From: Microbacteriaceae bacterium
GTDB lineage: Bacteria; Actinomycetota; Actinomycetes; Actinomycetales; Microbacteriaceae
Reading direction: 5' to 3'
Assembly (NCBI GenBank): GCA_025464815.1
Contig: JAODMW010000061.1
Location: 1 to 52,013, forward strand
DNA: 52,013 nt
Made by a program: the position numbers and the translations under genes. The notes under the pieces are model-generated. The model did not search any database. It was not told where the DNA came from and saw only the letters and a list, made by a program, of their open reading frames with translations. Shown in pieces: positions 47,217-52,013 of this stretch; the first letter of the stretch is position 1, and every line of letters starts with the position of its first letter.

Positions 47217-48353
47217 TTAGCCCGCGGCGGGCTCGGCAGTGATCGACTCCACGTTTAGCACCTCAGCATGCTCGCCCTCTATCCTCACGTGGAACTCGAT
47301 GGTCGCTTCGAGTTCGTCCGCGACGGCGGCCATATGATCGTTGTGGTCAAAGTCGACGACGTCGACTCCCTCGTAGACAGCGAGGTCCGACTTGAACATG
47401 TAGGCCCCGATCCCGACGTGCGCTCGAACAGTGAGTCGCCCGAGTACGCCGGCACCGGCATCCAGCTCGTCGTAGGGGTCCCAGTTCGCAGATTTCTCGT
47501 CGAGGTCAATACTTTCGAACTCGGGGTTCTCGAAGTAGGGCGGCGCGTCGTAGCCCTGGATCTCGAACTCGTTCCACCCGTATCCAGACGTGATCTCGTG
47601 ATACAACATCTGTCCGGAGACGTACGTCCACGCCGCGTCGACGGCGAGCTCGGTCTCGCCCTGTGTAACCTCCAGAGAGCGCCCGGCCACGAGCGTGGTA
47701 GGTCGGGCGACGGGAGTCTCGAGCGCCGTGACGTACTCGCGCGGATCCTTGTGCCAGGCCACCCGCGAAGCTTCAAGACCTCGCACGAGGTCGGGGTGCA
47801 GCGCGCCATCGTGTGTGAAGTCGTTCGTGTTCGACGAGATCAGGACGACGCGATCCGCCGGATCGACCGAGTGAAGGAGTTCGACGAAGGACCGCCAAAT
47901 CAGGTAGTCAGCGGTCCCTTCGCCGTTGGCATTGAACGGCTTCCGCGGGATGAAGTAAGCGTCGGCCAGGTGCTCCCCATCGACCGCCGGATAGGGGAGC
48001 AGCGTTACGTTCGACTCGTCAAGCCGCGCGCGAAACTCCGCCTCGAATTCCCGCGTCTCGGCGATTTCGTCGCGCTGATGACGCAGGCTGCCGACATCGA
48101 GCGGCGGCAGGGTTAGACCCAGATCGCTTAGTGACGTGTGCGCCTCACGATAGCCAGCAATGGCCGAGTTGATGGCCTGATGCCTCGGCTGCTCCTCGTG
48201 ACGCATGTGCTCGCGCAGCGCGACGAGGGGAAGATAGAGCTTGGCTCTCCCGTCCCTCTGTAGCGTCACGAGATTATTCCAGGCCGCGGACTCGAGCACC
48301 GGATCGCGGTAGAGGTAATTGGTATCGATGACGAGGTGATCCATACCAACCAC
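47217..48353 (-). CDS. PIN-domain protein (DUF4935/PIN_12-like) with acidic C-terminal domain
   Basis: LVIDTN, LREH, RKPF...ADYLIW, LISSNTNDF...LHPDL; AAGGAGG RBS before GTG 48353 (alternative ATG 48344). Confidence 0.82.
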   Translation of the reverse strand: MVGMDHLVIDTNYLYRDPVLESAAWNNLVTLQRDGRAKLYLPLVALREHMRHEEQPRHQAINSAIAGYREAHTSLSDLGLTLPPLDVGSLRHQRDEIAETREFEAEFRARLDESNVTLLPYPAVDGEHLADAYFIPRKPFNANGEGTADYLIWRSFVELLHSVDPADRVVLISSNTNDFTHDGALHPDLVRGLEASRVAWHKDPREYVTALETPVARPTTLVAGRSLEVTQGETELAVDAAWTYVSGQMLYHEITSGYGWNEFEIQGYDAPPYFENPEFESIDLDEKSANWDPYDELDAGAGVLGRLTVRAHVGIGAYMFKSDLAVYEGVDVVDFDHNDHMAAVADELEATIEFHVRIEGEHAEVLNVESITAEPAAG

Positions 48354-48583
48354 GAGGAGCCTCCTTCGTCGCATCGATCCTAGCCTCCGGCATCATGCCC
48401 GGACTGCCCGGCATTTACCTCGGGCAATGGGCCCGACGTCCGCGAGCGAGTGTCGCTCGCGTCTACTTCGCGCGATCGGAAACCTCGGCGACGGCAACCA
48501 TGCCGACCGGACGCCTGCGAGGACGCGCGCGACCGAGCCACGGCGGGGGCGTTCGGGCGGGAAAGTCCGCCGGATGTATCGAA

Positions 48584-48633
48584 ATGTCTTGATGTCGGAC
48601 TTACCGACATTGGATGTCGCGATACGATACAAT
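48584..48633 (+). promoter_or_regulatory. ATGTC operator-like array and -10 box TACAAT
   Basis: ATGTCGG-N5-CCGACAT 48592-48610, CGACAT-TGG-ATGTCG 48605-48619, extra ATGTC at 48584; TACAAT 48628-48633, 6 nt before ATG. Confidence 0.55.
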
Positions 48634-48639
48634 GGAGAA

Positions 48640-49491
48640 ATGAACGAAAACGCAACCAGTATCAGCATCACCGGCAAGCTGTCGTACTCCGACGAGATCA
48701 CGATTAGCCAGGCCGCCCAGATCATCGCCTACCTCAACTCGAACGAGTCCGAGGGTGCGGAACTGGGCGAGTCGCTGCTCGACAGCAGCACCACGAAGAA
48801 GAAGTCCAAGACCAAGAAGGTCGACAACCCTCGCGATGCGATCGAGCTGTCGGGTGCGACCAAGAACCCGGAGAAGATCGTCGCCCTCGGTGCGTATGTC
48901 CTCCAGGACGGGGGCGAGACGTTCAAGACCGAGGACGTCAAGACGCAGTTCCGCCGCGCACGCGAGACGCCGCCTGCCAACTTCACGCGCGACCTCAGCG
49001 TGGCGATCGCGTCCGGATGGGTCGTGGAGGACGGCCCCGGCGAGTACTACCTGAACAACAAGTTCGAGGGCATCTTCGATGAGGGCTTCAAGTTCCCGAA
49101 GGCGAGCGGGTCCGCGCGCGTCCGTACAGTGAAGAAGCCCGGCTCGAAGGCAAAGTCAGGCAAGCCGGAATCGCTGGCTGACGTGGACGAGTTCAGCCCG
49201 ACCATGACAGGCTTCCAGCCGTACTCGAAGATGAAGACCAACAAGGATCGCCTGCTGTGGGCACTGATCCTGATGCGTGATGAGCACGGCCGCAAGAGCC
49301 TGACCAACAAGGAGATCGAGTACGTCACCGACGTTGTCGGTCAGGGGATTCCGAACGCGCAGATCACGGCGGCCTTCGTTTCGGCTCAGAGTGCTGGCTA
49401 CGCCATCCGCTCGACGCAGGACAAGACCATCCGCGTTACCGACGAGGGAGCCACTTATCTCACAGAACTGAAGACTGAGACGGTGTCGTGA
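48640..49491 (+). CDS. Hypothetical protein with two winged-helix-like domains and Lys-rich linkers
   Basis: Domains NPEKIVALGAYV...PPANFTRDL...GWV...YYL and NKDRLLWAL...GYA...IRVTDEGATYL; GTGA overlap with next gene. Confidence 0.7.
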   Translation: MNENATSISITGKLSYSDEITISQAAQIIAYLNSNESEGAELGESLLDSSTTKKKSKTKKVDNPRDAIELSGATKNPEKIVALGAYVLQDGGETFKTEDVKTQFRRARETPPANFTRDLSVAIASGWVVEDGPGEYYLNNKFEGIFDEGFKFPKASGSARVRTVKKPGSKAKSGKPESLADVDEFSPTMTGFQPYSKMKTNKDRLLWALILMRDEHGRKSLTNKEIEYVTDVVGQGIPNAQITAAFVSAQSAGYAIRSTQDKTIRVTDEGATYLTELKTETVS

Positions 49492-50345
49492 CAGGGCATG
49501 ATCCCATCGCGCTGCGCCTGCAGCGCCTGGACCAGCAGATCCAGACACTCGTGCTGGCGTCGCTGGCGGCCGATCGTGACGACAAGAAGATCGTCACGCC
49601 GGCGGCGGTGTCTCAGCTACTCATCGATTTCGCCATCCCGGCGCCGGCCAAGATCGCCAACACGTTCGCCTCGCTGAAGAACAAGAAGCTGGTCATGTCC
49701 GTGCCCGGCAAAGGTGCCTACAAGGTGACCCCGGCCGGTCGCGAGGCGGTCGCGGAGAAGATGTCGGGACTCGATCTGGTAGCCCTGATCGCCGAGGGCG
49801 CAACGAGCAACGCTCCCGTGCTCGGTCAGACCACTACCGCTCTGGTGCCTTTCACGCTTGCCCCGCCTCAGCTTGTCCAGCCGCTTCGCGACTTCCTTGC
49901 CGACCACCCGTTCGACACCAACGTATTCGGCATGACTCGCTTTCCTGACACCAAGGCCGGAACCGCAGATCCGGTCGGCCGTGCGCTTGCGGTGGCTCGC
50001 GAGGCGTGTGAGGAGCACGGCCTCGAGTTCCACCTGGCCTCGGACCGCCAGATCGTGGACGATGTTTGGCCCAACGTGATGGCTCACATGTGGGGCTCCC
50101 GCTACGGAATCGGGTTCTTCGAGGACAGCGTTAACCGCGGGCTGAATTACAATCTCACGTCTGAGGTCGGCGCCATGTCCATGACCGGCCGTCGCGTGGC
50201 GATGCTCAAAGACGGCTCGATCGAGAAGATGCCGACGGACTTCACCGGCATGATCTACAAGTCGGTCGACCTTAAGGACGAGAAGACCGTCCGCGAGGCA
50301 GTCGGGACTTGGATCAAGGACGACCTTCGTATCGGGAACGCGTAG
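49488..50345 (+). CDS. Winged-helix-like N-terminus fused to TIR / nucleoside 2-deoxyribosyltransferase-like domain
   Basis: PAKIANTFASLK...YKVTPAGREAV; C-terminal NVFGMTRF...NYNLTSEVGAM..GRRVAMLKD...MPTDFTGMIY. Confidence 0.7.
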   Translation: MTGHDPIALRLQRLDQQIQTLVLASLAADRDDKKIVTPAAVSQLLIDFAIPAPAKIANTFASLKNKKLVMSVPGKGAYKVTPAGREAVAEKMSGLDLVALIAEGATSNAPVLGQTTTALVPFTLAPPQLVQPLRDFLADHPFDTNVFGMTRFPDTKAGTADPVGRALAVAREACEEHGLEFHLASDRQIVDDVWPNVMAHMWGSRYGIGFFEDSVNRGLNYNLTSEVGAMSMTGRRVAMLKDGSIEKMPTDFTGMIYKSVDLKDEKTVREAVGTWIKDDLRIGNA

Positions 50346-50354
50346 CGCCGGGCA

Positions 50355-50924
50355 CTACTTCTTGTCGGGAAGCGGCAGGTCGTTCTTGACCCGACCGAGG
50401 CCGCGCGGTGCGACCTTGATGTCGTCCATGTCCGCCGTGTCGATCACGCCCTCGAGGGACGCCGTCTTCTGCAGTGAGTTTCTCGGGTTGGCCGGAGGCT
50501 TCCAGTTAGCGTCAATGTAAAGGGTCAACACCTGGCTCGCATTCACCTTTTCATGACCGGCGATCTCCCTGAGCCAGTAGACCGCGACGACGTTCCTGTC
50601 GTCCTGATTGATCGGGTTCTTCTCCTTGGCAAATTCCCGCCAGGACTGGACGCCTTCGGGGTCGGTGACGAGGGTCTTGTCCTGGGACACCGAGGACTTC
50701 GAGCCCTTCTTTGCCCCGTTCGTGCGTTGCTTCGGCAGCTTTGGCGATTGATCCTCCTGAGCTGGCTCGGCAACCCTCGAGGGCTTCGGAGCAGCGACGG
50801 CAACTTGCGCACCGAGCATGTAGTCGAAAGCGCGGATCTGAAGTTCCTTGTTGCCGTCTATGGTCCTGATCACATTGAGTGCGCGCTCGACCTCCGCCGC
50901 GCGCTCGTCGAAGGTGCTGGTCAT
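50355..50924 (-). CDS. Hypothetical protein: N-terminal helical hairpin, linker, C-terminal winged-helix-like domain
   Basis: AAAGGAGG RBS; EFAKEKNP.NQDDRNVVAVYWL...PPANPRNSL...IKVAPRG. Confidence 0.72.
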   Translation of the reverse strand: MTSTFDERAAEVERALNVIRTIDGNKELQIRAFDYMLGAQVAVAAPKPSRVAEPAQEDQSPKLPKQRTNGAKKGSKSSVSQDKTLVTDPEGVQSWREFAKEKNPINQDDRNVVAVYWLREIAGHEKVNASQVLTLYIDANWKPPANPRNSLQKTASLEGVIDTADMDDIKVAPRGLGRVKNDLPLPDKK

Positions 50925-51140
50925 TGCACCCTCCTTTCGAGTTGTTACATGTTAGTGGGAACCGAGCACTTCTCGACAGGCTCCGCACTATGACGCATCA
51001 ACACGGCTTCCACCGGCTCCAGGCCGTCGGCAAAGTTTCGACCCCTGAGCGAACCGACATTCAACTCTGGATGCGGCCCTCAAGTTATACGCACACATCA
51101 GAGACGCAAGGACTTCACTCTTCCAAGGTGGAGCACTTCG

Positions 51141-51161
51141 GGGGACACTCTGGGGACACTC
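51141..51161 (+). repeat. Tandem GGGGACACTC repeats, putative integrase arm-type sites
   Basis: 51141-51150 and 51152-51161; same motif at 47163-47172, 51383-51392 and 51394-51403. Confidence 0.7.
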
Positions 51162-51245
51162 AAGAGATGTTGGTACGGGCGGATTTCACTCGCAACGCCT
51201 CAGACCGCCACGTACGAACGGGCCTCTGACCAGGGGTTTCAAGAG

Positions 51246-51303
51246 CGGAGACGGAGGGATTTGAACCCTCGGAACCCTTGCGGGTTCTCCACCTTAGCAG
51301 GGT
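51246..51303 (-). pseudogene. 3' fragment of tRNA-Ser(GCT) without CCA; attachment site 2
   Basis: Minus strand ACC-CTGCTAA-GGTGG-A-GAACCCGCAAGGGTTC-C-GAGGGTTCAAATCCCTC-CGTCTCCG; homology ends inside the anticodon stem. Confidence 0.88.
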
Positions 51304-51382
51304 CTCGGTTTGCCCATCACAGCCGACTTTTCCCGCTTTCTGACTCGTCCAAACACACCTCGCACACCATCATCGCGTTGAG

Positions 51383-51403
51383 GGGGACACTCGGGGGACA
51401 CTG
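51383..51403 (+). repeat. Tandem GGGGACACT repeats, left arm of the next tandem element
   Basis: GGGGACACTC-G-GGGGACACTG about 80 bp right of att 2. Confidence 0.7.
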
Positions 51404-51515
51404 GGAGAGAGCGGCGGCGCGAGCGCTGCACGTTGCGTCGATTTAGCCTATCCCCTCCGACGGAGAGCTCCGCTACGCAAGCGATTCCGTTTCGGCCACG
51501 CAGTAGAGTCTGCGA

Positions 51516-52013
51516 ATGGACCCATTTTGGGCGGCAGTCTCCCCTGTTCTGTTTGCGCTCATCGCGCCGGTTGCGGCCCTGGCCGGAGCACTCGGTGCGG
51601 TCGCCCTCACCAATCGGAACGCTCGAACGCGAGATGACGTCCAACGCAAGGAAGATCGAAAGTCTGCAGTTAGGGACATAACCCTCGAGCTCGTCTACGC
51701 CGCTCTCGATTGGAACAGTTCAGCGTTGAGCTACGCGACAGTCGTGATGGTAGCGGCAAACCGTAGTGGAACTTCGATGACCGATCAGCCGGTGATGGAT
51801 TCCGGGCGCGAACTCGTCGTAAACCGGACGCGGCTACTCCGCGCATTCTCGACCTACCACCTCACCGTATCTGACCCCGAATTGGTCGCGGCAGGAAACG
51901 CGCTGAGGGCCGTTTTTGACGACACCACCAAGATCACCTCGCCTCTACTGGGCCCCGCACTACGCGGCGAAAGAGTCACGGACAGCGCCGGGTTCAATGC
52001 GTTGTTCGCTCAC
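51516..52013 (+). CDS. Hypothetical protein with N-terminal transmembrane helix (incomplete at window edge)
   Basis: Open frame MDPFWAAVSPVLFALIAPVAALAGALGAVALTNRNARTRDDVQRKEDRK... to the end; TAGAGT -10 at 51504-51509. Confidence 0.7.
   Translation, partial: MDPFWAAVSPVLFALIAPVAALAGALGAVALTNRNARTRDDVQRKEDRKSAVRDITLELVYAALDWNSSALSYATVVMVAANRSGTSMTDQPVMDSGRELVVNRTRLLRAFSTYHLTVSDPELVAAGNALRAVFDDTTKITSPLLGPALRGERVTDSAGFNALFAH

Larger units (their letters stand above)
46988..51303. mobile_element. ~4.3 kb tRNA-Ser-targeted integrative element without an intact integrase, bounded by direct att repeats
   Basis: 58-bp direct repeats 46991-47048 and 51246-51303 (3 mismatches); GGGGACACT repeats near both ends; defence-like cargo. 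Confidence 0.8.

Noticed and set aside
48640-50924. Assignment to Thoeris, CBASS or Pycsar
   Set aside because: No ThsA, nucleotidyltransferase/cyclase, STING, SAVED or cNMP-binding domain in the element.

Overview
High-GC actinobacterial chromosomal window; gene style, lipoprotein ABC binding proteins and leaderless promoters suggest Microbacteriaceae or a relative (inference). It has three parts. (1) 1-3830: TetR/SDR/aldo-keto reductase genes and a HigBA toxin-antitoxin pair. (2) ~3950-45790: a ~42 kb LacI-controlled carbohydrate-utilisation locus with four GH78-like and one GH106-like rhamnosidase-family genes, a secreted beta-helix enzyme, an esterase, two CUT1 ABC importers, RhmD (L-rhamnonate dehydratase) and other sugar-acid/redox enzymes, two LacI genes, a recurring T(G/A)AAACG(T/A)TTCA-type operator and two pseudogenes (fused rhamnose-ABC remnant, truncated GH1). 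(3) 46260-52013: a tRNA-Ser(GCT) integration hotspot with an internally deleted large serine recombinase, two different 3' tRNA-Ser fragments (att sites) and GGGGACACT arm-type repeats. Between the att sites lies a ~4.2 kb element without an intact integrase, carrying a PIN-domain gene and three genes that share four related winged-helix-like domains, one fused to a TIR/nucleoside-deoxyribosyltransferase-like effector. That cassette is the best candidate for an undescribed, probably anti-phage, system. All family calls come from motif recognition by eye; no searches were run.
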